Origin: Promethearchaeota archaeon
GTDB lineage: Archaea > Asgardarchaeota > Lokiarchaeia > Sigyniarchaeales > SOKP01
Assembly (NCBI GenBank): GCA_016839745.1
Contig: JAEOTS010000076.1
Span: 1 to 27,425, forward strand
Reading direction: 5' to 3'
DNA length: 27,425 nt
Under the pieces are notes generated by a model. It saw only the letters and a program-made list of their open reading frames with translations, did no database searches and was not told the origin of the DNA. Every line of letters starts with the position of its first letter. Within the stretch, counting starts at the first letter, position 1. A program made the translations under genes and the position numbers. Positions 17,072 to 26,054 of the stretch are shown in pieces.

Positions 17072-17626
17072 TTATATGTCTACTTCGATGCTTTCTATAA
17101 AAGAATCGATAGCTTGTTCAAGATCGATTAAATCCTCTACTTCTTTTATATCAGAACTAGCAATTCTATTTAGAAATTCCTTTAGAAGCTTTTCTTTATC
17201 TTTATCGTGAGGAAATATTAAACTACTTTTATAATGTTCATAATCCAATATATTAGTAAACACTAAGAAGAGTATCTCAATATGGCTGTAATCTATCAAG
17301 CTAAGAAGTTTATCTTTCGTAATGAGCGTCTTTGTTTGGTCTTTGTAAAATCCTGAAAGATCGTTGTAATAATTAGTTATTCGAGCAATATTATCTAGCT
17401 GTACCCTTAACGCAGCTTGACTTATGGGACTATCATCACTGTACATAATCTCAAAATAGGCATTGATGAAATCTTTTAGTTTTTGGAGTTTTTGCTGAAA
17501 AACGCGTGTTTTAACAATTCTTGTAAACATCGGGCTCTCTTTATCTTTATAAAATCTTAATTCAAACTTAACAATAGCTAAGATATCGAGAAACAATTCC
17601 TTAATGTCAATATTATCTCTTTCCAT
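17072..17626 (-). CDS. Hypothetical protein (184 aa, all-helical, acidic C-terminus)
   Basis: Long ORF with ATG start in AT-rich DNA. No recognisable motif. Confidence 0.75.
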   Translation of the reverse strand: MERDNIDIKELFLDILAIVKFELRFYKDKESPMFTRIVKTRVFQQKLQKLKDFINAYFEIMYSDDSPISQAALRVQLDNIARITNYYNDLSGFYKDQTKTLITKDKLLSLIDYSHIEILFLVFTNILDYEHYKSSLIFPHDKDKEKLLKEFLNRIASSDIKEVEDLIDLEQAIDSFIESIEVDI

Positions 17627-17795
17627 TTTAATAGAACTAAATTATAAGTGAATTTTAATTTCTAATAACTAGTGTACCTTTGATAATATAAAAATATACT
17701 ATCTAAAGAATTCTAATACATCAATTAATATAATTTTTAAGTTTACTTATTTTCAACAAAGTTCAGATTGTATAAACTTATACTGTTACTCGTAG

Positions 17796-18788
17796 TTAAT
17801 AAGTCAATGGGAAAAATCTTTGCTCTTGTATCTGTTTTTTAGGTTCAGCTGGTTTTCTGCTTATTTTTCTTTTTGTCAACTTTCTATAGAGTATTGCTTT
17901 CACATGAATCCTTAAAATTCTAATAGGTGTATGTATCATAAACTTTAAATCGTTGAATGGATTTTGTCTTAGTTCGAGGAATCTTAAATAAAACCGTTCC
18001 GCTTTAATCTTTTTCTTAGGTTTTTCAAATGAAATAAAAGTTTTAACAATTTTATCTAGTAATTCTGAGTTTTCATAGCAATAATAGTTTGAGGCTTTTA
18101 ATGACCATTTAATGGCTTCTAATTGGTATTTTATAGAATCTAATTCCTTTCTAGGTCCGATCAATAAAGCAAAAAAGGAAATAAAAAGATTCATGACAGT
18201 ACTCCTAAACATTTCTCGAATAGATATTTTAATTTTTGGTCTAAGTTTGTTTCTTAGATCATCTCCATATAAAATAGTGCTATTCTGAATAACATTACCT
18301 AAGACAATGTTTCGAGGAGCAAATAATGCTGAAAAAACGCGATTTACCCGAAAAATCTTATAAAATATAGCTTGTTCCCAATATTTTTGCCTAGTCAGAA
18401 AATGGCTTACAAACATTCCTGTTGAACGCTGAATAACACTAAGAACATCGCGTGTTAGTTTTGAAGTTGGTTCTTTAAAATTATGCTTAATTTCTAGTGC
18501 CAGAAAATATCTCTCGATTTCTTTAATATGACGACTTGAGACTCGATTTTTAAAAATAAAAAGCAGATCACAATCAGAAACAATTGTATTTTCTGATTCT
18601 ACTTGTTGGCTTCCAAATAGAAGAAGAGATACAATTTTATTAATACCAATTTCCTTATTGATCAAAACCACAATATCTTTAATGTAATTACGTGATTGCT
18701 GATTTAATCCTTCTAAATTACTAGAGATATAGTGTTCTATTTTATCATTTGTTTCTTTAGGGTTACTCGAATCGATATCTTGCATCAT
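17796..18788 (-). CDS. Pol-beta superfamily nucleotidyltransferase with C-terminal helical domain
   Basis: hG[S]x(n)DxD signature LLFGSQQ...SDCDLLFIF, ILYGDD at the end of the NTase domain and a basic helical C-terminal half. Confidence 0.8.
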   Translation of the reverse strand: MMQDIDSSNPKETNDKIEHYISSNLEGLNQQSRNYIKDIVVLINKEIGINKIVSLLLFGSQQVESENTIVSDCDLLFIFKNRVSSRHIKEIERYFLALEIKHNFKEPTSKLTRDVLSVIQRSTGMFVSHFLTRQKYWEQAIFYKIFRVNRVFSALFAPRNIVLGNVIQNSTILYGDDLRNKLRPKIKISIREMFRSTVMNLFISFFALLIGPRKELDSIKYQLEAIKWSLKASNYYCYENSELLDKIVKTFISFEKPKKKIKAERFYLRFLELRQNPFNDLKFMIHTPIRILRIHVKAILYRKLTKRKISRKPAEPKKQIQEQRFFPLTY

Positions 18789-18851
18789 TACTTGAAATAA
18801 AATGTCCTATAATAAAGATACAAAATGAAAATTAAAAGTTGATTAAAAAAC

Positions 18852-20861
18852 TTAAATTCGATTACCGAGATTATATCCTCTACTAATAGCTTCCAAAACT
18901 GTTTGCGGTTTTTTAGCATCCCCGAGTTTTTCGACGGGTATTTTCAAAGATTTTATCTCTTTAAAGAGAGAATCGTTCGATTTAACACCTGTGGCATAAT
19001 AAACATAATCAACATCATTTATTTGTTGTTCAGTATCGTTAGCATCAATGTAAGACACGTAATCCTCTCCTATTTCAGTTACTTTTACACTAGTAAGTTT
19101 TTTCACTCCAAGATAATCACTTTTATCTAATAGCACCCATTTAGTGGTCTTACCTAATGCAGTTCCTAATTTTGGTAGTTGTTCTAGAACAGTCACTTTG
19201 TTTCTGCCTTCTTGCATCATTTTCAATGCTATTTCTGGTTCTAGTGCTTTATAGAGCGTGAGAAAATTAAACGAATCAATGTCCAATGCACCGTATTTTG
19301 CCATGTAAATTGCCAATTCTATACCTGTAGCACCCCCACCAATGATTACATTGTTTCTCCCTACTGGAGCATCTCCTCTAAATACATCGTTTGCCCAAAA
19401 TACATTATCTCTTTCAATTCCAGTAATATCAGGTTTAATTGGAGTGGAACCGGTAGCTACAAATACAATATCTGGATTTATTTCCTTAACTTTATCACTT
19501 GTTACTTCTTGTTGCAGGTGAACTTGAATGTTAAATTTTTGGATCCAGTACACATAACTTTCTATCATCCTCTTAAATTCATTCCTTCCTGGCGGTATCC
19601 ATATTATATTTAACAACCCACCAATTTTATCATCCTTTTCATATAAATGCACTTCATGACCTCTCATAGCTGCAACACGGGCTGCTTCTAATCCTGCAGG
19701 ACCGGCTCCAATTATCATGACTTTTTTCTTTGTTTCAAGTGGTTTTAACTCAGTCTTAGCTTCTTTTCCGGCTCTAGCATTTCGTAAACAAGTTACTGAT
19801 TGCATATTAAAGATAGCATCAAAACATCCTTGATTGCAGCCAATACAATTCATTATATCTCTTAATTCACCTCTCTTTGCTTTTTCAGGGAGGTAGGGAT
19901 CTGCGATTAAAGTTCGACCCATGCATACGGCATCAGCTTTTCCCGCCATCAGAATTTTCTCAGCTAATTCAGCTGTATTTATTCTATTGGAAGAAAATAC
20001 TGGTATAGAAACATGATTCTTAATATTTTCTGCTAAATATGAATAACATCCCTCTGGAACATCCATTGTTGTCTGAGGAATTTTAGTTTCATGCCATCCT
20101 CCAGTCACATTGAGATAATCTAGATAGTTAGAGAGTCTTTCAGCTATAACAGCTTTTTCTTTATAAGTATTACTATTAGGTACAAAATCGTCCCCTGATA
20201 TTCTATAACCAAGTGGAATATCCTCTAGCTTAGATTTCATTAACTCCAAGGTTTCTATAGGGAATCTTAGACGGTCTTCAAGATCGCCCCCATATTTATC
20301 AGTTCGTTTGTTAGTTTTTGGAGAAATAAATTGTGTCATTAAGTAGCCGGCATTAGCACAAATTTCGACTGCATCGAAACCTGCTTTTTTAGCACGTACC
20401 CCTGCGTCTGCAAATGCTTGTTGTTCGTTTTTAATGTCTTCTAGAGTCATTTCTCGTGGAGTAGTTTTACTAAATTTACTATATACTGCTGAAGGAGCAA
20501 TTGGTGCTCTACCAATAACTAAAGGCATAGAATATGCTCCACCATGGTACAGTTGTGCACAAACTTTTACACCTTCCCTTGCAACATGGACAGCTTTCGT
20601 AAGCTCAGTTAATTTAGGCAAAAATTCATCACTATCTATACCTATCATCATTGGAATCCCTTTTGCATAAAGGTCTACATAACATCCTCCTACAATAAGC
20701 ATGCCAGCACCACCCTTTGCTCTTTCAATATAAAAATCAATTAACTGTTGAGTTATATATCCATCACTAGCCATATTGAGATTTATTGCTGGCATAACTA
20801 TACGATTTGAAATACTCATTTGTTTAATCTTAAATGGGGTAAACAATTTGTAAAATTTCAT
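18852..20861 (-). CDS. Old-yellow-enzyme family NADH:flavin oxidoreductase (2,4-dienoyl-CoA reductase FadH-like; FMN, 4Fe-4S, FAD)
   Basis: Motifs NRIVMP, RAKGG, GFDAVE, GYL..QFISP..NKRTD.YGG and GGWHE. Fe-S motif CIGCNQGC-x11-C. Rossmann motifs GAGPAG and GGGATG. Confidence 0.92.
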   Translation of the reverse strand: MKFYKLFTPFKIKQMSISNRIVMPAINLNMASDGYITQQLIDFYIERAKGGAGMLIVGGCYVDLYAKGIPMMIGIDSDEFLPKLTELTKAVHVAREGVKVCAQLYHGGAYSMPLVIGRAPIAPSAVYSKFSKTTPREMTLEDIKNEQQAFADAGVRAKKAGFDAVEICANAGYLMTQFISPKTNKRTDKYGGDLEDRLRFPIETLELMKSKLEDIPLGYRISGDDFVPNSNTYKEKAVIAERLSNYLDYLNVTGGWHETKIPQTTMDVPEGCYSYLAENIKNHVSIPVFSSNRINTAELAEKILMAGKADAVCMGRTLIADPYLPEKAKRGELRDIMNCIGCNQGCFDAIFNMQSVTCLRNARAGKEAKTELKPLETKKKVMIIGAGPAGLEAARVAAMRGHEVHLYEKDDKIGGLLNIIWIPPGRNEFKRMIESYVYWIQKFNIQVHLQQEVTSDKVKEINPDIVFVATGSTPIKPDITGIERDNVFWANDVFRGDAPVGRNNVIIGGGATGIELAIYMAKYGALDIDSFNFLTLYKALEPEIALKMMQEGRNKVTVLEQLPKLGTALGKTTKWVLLDKSDYLGVKKLTSVKVTEIGEDYVSYIDANDTEQQINDVDYVYYATGVKSNDSLFKEIKSLKIPVEKLGDAKKPQTVLEAISRGYNLGNRI

Positions 20862-20971
20862 AATAGTCCTTTTTCACTGAATTTAATGTTATATAATTTA
20901 ATAAATTAAAAATATCCTTAACCAAATAAATTTTAACTTTTGGGTTATTAAAAAAAATTTTGAAGCAATAA

Positions 20972-21763
20972 TTAACGGAAATAAGAATCAGAACCACGAT
21001 CGTCTTGAGGTCCTTTCATAAATTGATTTGCTTGTTTTTTATATGTATCAAGAACGTGCTCCATTTCATCAATTTTTGAATTTAATTCATCGAAGTTCAT
21101 TTCAATATTAAAATATTTCTTTAAAATTACAAGTAATGCTTTAGATGCTCGGGGGTCTAATGCCATCATTGGTAGGGGCAATGTTTCTGCTAATAAACAT
21201 ACACCGGGTGCATAACCCTTCTGACCTGCCCAAGCGGGTAATATTCCATTTGCTCCAGCAATAACACCAACTTCCATTAGAATTGTATTCTCATATTTTA
21301 AAAATGAATCAACAATTTCTTGATTTGTCCCACAAACATGAACCATGGTCTGGTCTCTTATTTTTTCAGTTAACATGGCACCAGCACTGATATACATTTT
21401 AATTTTGCTTTCTGTTAACTTATCCATCTCTTCACAAAACTTTTGCGAAAACTCAAATACTCCTTGTGAGGTTTGAGGCTGATAATTCGCAGTTAAAATA
21501 AATAAGTCTGGTTTATTTTTTTGTTTTCTAGATTTAAAATAAACTTTAGCAGAAGGAAGTTCCATTTTCCCTTTTTCAACATTTGATTTTGGGGGAAAAT
21601 CGAAATACTCAATATCTAAAAACTCTTCGGCGTTTATCGAGTCTTTAATAGAAGTAATCGCTAAATGAGCAACTAAAGCAATTCCAGGCCAACCAATTAA
21701 TACAATTGGATCATTTAAATCGTCTGTATTTAATTCAAACTTTTGAGTTACATTTATATTCAT
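20972..21763 (-). CDS. PAC2-family proteasome assembly chaperone (Pba-like)
   Basis: Motifs PIVLIGWPGIALVA, YFDFPP, QP, IAGANG, GVCLLAET and DPRAS, with C-terminal SYFR. Confidence 0.85.
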   Translation of the reverse strand: MNINVTQKFELNTDDLNDPIVLIGWPGIALVAHLAITSIKDSINAEEFLDIEYFDFPPKSNVEKGKMELPSAKVYFKSRKQKNKPDLFILTANYQPQTSQGVFEFSQKFCEEMDKLTESKIKMYISAGAMLTEKIRDQTMVHVCGTNQEIVDSFLKYENTILMEVGVIAGANGILPAWAGQKGYAPGVCLLAETLPLPMMALDPRASKALLVILKKYFNIEMNFDELNSKIDEMEHVLDTYKKQANQFMKGPQDDRGSDSYFR

Positions 21764-21784
21764 CGTATTTCACTATTCTTTTAT

Positions 21785-22795
21785 TTATATCTCAAAATTT
21801 AATTTTTCCCCACAGTGTGGACAAAAATCGATCTTAACTTTCATAAATTTCCCACAGAATGGGCAATACATCCCAGAACCACTTGTAATTTTATTTCTGG
21901 GCGTTTCATAACTCTGAGGGGTTTTTTGGTAAGAAGTTTTGTACTTTAAGTATTGTTCATTTCTCATCTTTAAATACACATATAGAGAAGTTAGCAAGCA
22001 AATAAATAATGGTGTAAATAGAAATCGAACAATATTAGAAATGAGATCGTATACAATAATTGCCCCATAATTTCTGGTTGAAGGATTATACCATGAGGAG
22101 TTATATCCCGGAGTTAGGAAATTATCTATAATTAAGTGATAAACAGAATCACAAACGAAAATTATTAAAAAATTAATGATAAATATGCCGATAATTTTCC
22201 AGAATGCGCCTCTTGCCATATCTCGAGCATCCTTTATAGGATGTTCAGAATCATCTGAATGGTACGTAAATATATAAAATATATAAAATCCAAAGAGGAT
22301 GATGCTTGGTATAAAGAGCAAAATCATCCCCACAGAAATACCAACGCCTAATAAAAGAAAAACTAGTAGCATTCTCCCATTTAAAGCATTTTTTAATTCA
22401 AAGATTAGTTTTGTCTCGTTACCAATAAATTTGTTATATAAATAATTACTTACTAAACACATTGCTACTACATTGAATATTGTTGTAATAAAATCGTTTA
22501 AGAATAGGCTAGAAAATGTTATAACCAAGTATTCAAACATTAGATTAATATCTCCGGGGGTCATGGAAGATGGATCTTTTAGAATAATAGCTTCAATAGC
22601 AGGGGTCATTGTTAGCACCTGCCATTCAAGATCGACAACTAATAAATTTTTGATTATTAACGAAACTATAAAAAATAGACCTAAGGGTACAATTAGGGTC
22701 AACCAGTTTTTACCAAATAAAGAGAATCCTTCAGAAATAACATCGCTAAACCGTTTATTTGAAAATGTTTTCAGTTTAGGATAATCATCCGACAT
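21785..22795 (-). CDS. Multi-pass membrane protein with C-terminal double zinc ribbon
   Basis: About 5-6 hydrophobic segments, a DVISEGFSLF..NW N-terminus and a CPFCG...CPHCG tail. Confidence 0.8.
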   Translation of the reverse strand: MSDDYPKLKTFSNKRFSDVISEGFSLFGKNWLTLIVPLGLFFIVSLIIKNLLVVDLEWQVLTMTPAIEAIILKDPSSMTPGDINLMFEYLVITFSSLFLNDFITTIFNVVAMCLVSNYLYNKFIGNETKLIFELKNALNGRMLLVFLLLGVGISVGMILLFIPSIILFGFYIFYIFTYHSDDSEHPIKDARDMARGAFWKIIGIFIINFLIIFVCDSVYHLIIDNFLTPGYNSSWYNPSTRNYGAIIVYDLISNIVRFLFTPLFICLLTSLYVYLKMRNEQYLKYKTSYQKTPQSYETPRNKITSGSGMYCPFCGKFMKVKIDFCPHCGEKLNFEI

Positions 22796-22922
22796 AATTT
22801 CTATTATTTTTGTAATTATTTATAATTTTTTAAACGCATTTAATTATAAGGATATTTCATTAATTTAAAAGTAGGAATAGAAAAAAGTTTAATATGAAAT
22901 AATTATTATTTAAATACCGGTT

Positions 22923-24830
22923 ATGTACGCACAAAAACCACCAAGTCGCCACATTCCAGGAATTATATCGTACGTGGATTATTTTTCTACAAAAAAATCA
23001 GCATATGTATTATTCTTTAGCCTACCAGCTATTATTAGTTTTTTATCCTTTATTCTGAATTCATTATATACAAACATCTGGAATTTTTTTTACCTTTTTA
23101 ATGTATTACTTACAATTTATTCCACTTCTGGAGGAGGAGTAATAATATCGATTTTTTTTTTCTCTAAAAAATCACCTCTCCTATCTCCACCACCAAAAGG
23201 ATGGGCTTTTCAAATGAACTCTCTTTTTACTGGACTTATGGGACTTTCACTGTTAATTGGCCAAACTATTACTATTTTCCTTAGAAATGTAGCCTTTCAG
23301 GAAGTATTTCTTATCCTTGGCACAATTATTTCTTTCATCATTACATATGTCGTATATTATTCCTTCACGACCGTGGGAAAATATGGGAATTTTATCTTGG
23401 CATTTGTTCAACCCGCGATTGAAATTACTTTCTATAGTATTTTCGCATCACAACTCCCTTTTTTATTTTTCAGTAGAGCAATCTTATTTTTTACTATATG
23501 TGCTCTTATTTTTGCTATTCCTTATGCGAGAAGTTTATCTCGAGTAAGTAATGTATACAGGCAAGCAACTGGGATGGGGGGATATCCGTTTATTAGAGCA
23601 TTCGTGCTTTCCATGCTAACGGAAGGCAATGATGAACTATTGGAGAGTTTCTTTGATAAAGTTGGAGTTTATTCTAATATTAAAATCCAATATTTAGCAA
23701 TCAGGAGCCAAAAAACCAAAAAACTTAAAGGATTGTTCGTTATCCCGCAAGTTCATTTTGGACCTTTTAAAACTTGCGGTTCTTCTGATTTACCAGCTCA
23801 TATCTATAGTACCTTTAAACAAATTAAGGGTACAACCGTATATCATACAACCAATGATCACGCGCAGAATTTAACATCCCAGAAAGAACTTGAAAAAATT
23901 TTGAGTAAAATGAAAAGCGATGTAAACTATATCCAAGAGAATTCAAACATCAAATGGGAAAAAGAAGTAAATACAACATCGAGAAATATGTCCAATTCCG
24001 CTAAACTATTAGGTATAGAGATAAACAACATTGCAATTGTGTTTCTGACTAGGCATCCTTTACCTTCTGATGATATTCAGATTCAAGTTGGAGAAGAAAT
24101 TAGAAAAATAGCTAAAGAAAAAGGTTATCGTGAGATAATTATTATCGATTCGCATAATTCCATAATTGGGGACGAAGTCTTAATAAGAAATAATTCTATA
24201 GAAGCTAATGATCTCATCTCTGTTTCTAAAAAATTTTTAGTTTCTAATAAAAAAAGTGAGCTCTCTAACAAAATTGTAGTACAGTACGGAGTCGCAAAAG
24301 ATGCAATGCTCGAATATTCGGAGAAGGATGGAATTGGAACTGGTGGTTTAGTAGTTCATCTCTTTAAAGACATTGTATCAAATCAAAAAACAGTATTTAT
24401 CCACTTTGATGCTAATAATGCATATGTAGATATCCGTTCATTTGTACTAAACATGCTGCAGAATAGAGGAATAGAAAGAGGAGAAATAACAACTTCGGAT
24501 TCTCATACTGTTGCAAGGCTATTTTCACATAGGGGCTATAGCCCAATAGGTGATAAGATAACTTTAGAAACTATTTTAAAAAAGCTTGATACTCTAATTA
24601 TTGAAGCAGAGAATAATTTAGAAGAAGTTGAATTTTATTACCATGATTCTGTTGTCGAAAGAGTTAAAATTTGGGGGGATCCAAAATATTTCGAAGTTAT
24701 TATGAATACATTATTTAAATGCATAAAAGTTTCTCAAGGATTATTTACGTACAGTTTAATTATTCCTGCATTATTTTCAGTAATTCTACTTTTATTCTTT
24801 TATAACATTCCATTTAGTGCGATTTTGTAG
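22923..24830 (+). CDS. DUF2070-family membrane protein (N-terminal TM bundle plus putative metal-dependent hydrolase-like domain)
   Basis: About 6 N-terminal TM helices, then VHFGPF...GSSDLP, H...H..N, IIDSHN, DANN and TSDSH motifs, and a C-terminal TM helix. Confidence 0.8.
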   Translation: MYAQKPPSRHIPGIISYVDYFSTKKSAYVLFFSLPAIISFLSFILNSLYTNIWNFFYLFNVLLTIYSTSGGGVIISIFFFSKKSPLLSPPPKGWAFQMNSLFTGLMGLSLLIGQTITIFLRNVAFQEVFLILGTIISFIITYVVYYSFTTVGKYGNFILAFVQPAIEITFYSIFASQLPFLFFSRAILFFTICALIFAIPYARSLSRVSNVYRQATGMGGYPFIRAFVLSMLTEGNDELLESFFDKVGVYSNIKIQYLAIRSQKTKKLKGLFVIPQVHFGPFKTCGSSDLPAHIYSTFKQIKGTTVYHTTNDHAQNLTSQKELEKILSKMKSDVNYIQENSNIKWEKEVNTTSRNMSNSAKLLGIEINNIAIVFLTRHPLPSDDIQIQVGEEIRKIAKEKGYREIIIIDSHNSIIGDEVLIRNNSIEANDLISVSKKFLVSNKKSELSNKIVVQYGVAKDAMLEYSEKDGIGTGGLVVHLFKDIVSNQKTVFIHFDANNAYVDIRSFVLNMLQNRGIERGEITTSDSHTVARLFSHRGYSPIGDKITLETILKKLDTLIIEAENNLEEVEFYYHDSVVERVKIWGDPKYFEVIMNTLFKCIKVSQGLFTYSLIIPALFSVILLLFFYNIPFSAIL

Positions 24831-24841
24831 GGTAAGAGCTC

Positions 24842-24890
24842 TCACTTTTTTAACATATGATCTATATATTACAGAGATATATGTAAGTGA
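24842..24890. promoter_or_regulatory. Imperfect inverted repeat upstream of the GTPase operon (candidate operator or hairpin)
   Basis: TCACTT/AAGTGA, ACATAT/ATATGT and ATCT/AGAT pair, giving 16 bp with two bulges around an 11-nt centre. Confidence 0.4.
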
Positions 24891-24925
24891 TTTGACCTTT
24901 TTTCTTTAAAAATATTCTTTTCGTT

Positions 24926-25474
24926 ATGAAATATGAAATGTTGAGTTCAGAAATTTCAAAATTGATGAAGGTTACATTCATAGGTTCACCCGCAGTCGGA
25001 AAAACAACTATGCTAAGACTTCTTTCAAAGGATATGATTGACAGATTTTATTTTCCTACCCATGGTTTTGACTTAAAAACGATTAAATTAGATGAATATC
25101 ATATCCGTATATGGGATTTTGGAGGACAGCATAGTTATTTCAAAACTTATTCAAGAGATTATCTACTAGGATCAGATGTCATTTTTGTTGTAACTGATTC
25201 TACTCCAAGCAATGTTTTAAATTCTAGAGAGCTGATCAATTACGCTACACATTTTGTTGATACAGACTGTCCAATAGTTGCCATAGCAAACAAACAAGAT
25301 TTACACAAAAACGATGGTCGAATGACTCCCGAAAGAGTGGAAGAAATTCTTCATATTAAAACATACGGACTTACAGCAATAAACCCTACTGAAAGAAATA
25401 AATTAATGGAGATTATCAGAAAAGAATTAAACAAAATTGTAATTAGAAGGAGATCAAAAAAAGATGAACTTTAA
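24926..25474 (+). CDS. Ras-superfamily small GTPase, Arf-like (Asgard type)
   Basis: G1 GSPAVGKT, G2 PTHG, G3 WDFGGQ, G4 NKQD and G5 TA. WDxGGQ and NKQD are Arf-family hallmarks. Confidence 0.93.
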   Translation: MKYEMLSSEISKLMKVTFIGSPAVGKTTMLRLLSKDMIDRFYFPTHGFDLKTIKLDEYHIRIWDFGGQHSYFKTYSRDYLLGSDVIFVVTDSTPSNVLNSRELINYATHFVDTDCPIVAIANKQDLHKNDGRMTPERVEEILHIKTYGLTAINPTERNKLMEIIRKELNKIVIRRRSKKDEL

Positions 25475-26018
25475 TGAAGATGAACTTTTCGGCGCGGCTT
25501 TAATAGGTTTCGATATGATCGACGGCCCTTTCCTTAAATGGAAAAAAGAATATGGAAACCCTACAAATCTTATGAAATTAGATGATTTTGCTATGAATTT
25601 TTATTTGGCTTTTCGAGGAGGTAATGCTGGGAAAAAACCAAGAGCGATTTTGTACGATAAATTTTACATCGTAGCATTCCCAAACGACCTAGAACTCTGT
25701 TGTTTATTTATGAAACCACAAGGAATTGATAGAAATATTAAGCAGCTTAACAAGATTGCAACTAGAATTATTCACGAAATGGATGTGGACGAAGAAGAAA
25801 ATGATGTCCCAACTGTATCCAACGAGAACACAATTGAAGAAATGAAACGTTTAATTGTGAATCTATTGAGCGGTATAGAAATGCCTACTCCTGAGATAAA
25901 GAAATATTTCAAATTAAGTAACTCGCAGATATATAAGGTCATGGCTGACTTAGAAAATTCTCGAAAGGTAAAACGCGCAAGGAAAGAAGGTAGAACTATA
26001 TTATGGACAGCTAACTAG
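25464..26018 (+). CDS. Putative longin/uDENN-like domain fused to a C-terminal winged helix-turn-helix
   Basis: N-terminal hhhhFDxxxGP hairpin (GAALIGFDMIDGPFLKW), helix, strands FYIVAF and LCCLFM, then a helix. Acidic linker DVDEEEND. wHTH IVNLLSGIEMPTPEIKKYFKLSNSQIYKVMADLENSRKVKR...GRTILW. Overlaps the GTPase gene by 11 nt. Confidence 0.75.
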   Translation: MNFNEDELFGAALIGFDMIDGPFLKWKKEYGNPTNLMKLDDFAMNFYLAFRGGNAGKKPRAILYDKFYIVAFPNDLELCCLFMKPQGIDRNIKQLNKIATRIIHEMDVDEEENDVPTVSNENTIEEMKRLIVNLLSGIEMPTPEIKKYFKLSNSQIYKVMADLENSRKVKRARKEGRTILWTAN

Positions 26019-26054
26019 TTTTTTTTCTAATTTTTTATATTTTTAATAAATTAA

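Noticed and set aside
13306-18788. Possible genomic island integrated at tRNA-Ala
   Set aside because: I found no integrase or transposase, no duplicated tRNA 3' end (att site) and no evident compositional shift.
2005-20861. Acyl-CoA synthetase, thiolase and dienoyl-CoA reductase as a beta-oxidation cluster
   Set aside because: The genes are dispersed and separated by unrelated genes. These families are commonly multi-copy in such genomes, so co-occurrence does not show an operon.
10513-23547. Alternative-frame ORFs 10513-10722, 12268-12510, 15384-15704, 18903-19130, 20434-20670, 22473-22784 and 23317-23547
   Set aside because: They are fully nested in longer motif-bearing genes and show no independent coding signal.
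25460-25474. The small GTPase ends in the ER-retrieval sequence KDEL
   Set aside because: The protein has no signal peptide and is cytosolic. These codons overlap the next gene's start (aaagATGaactttaa), so coincidence is the simplest explanation.
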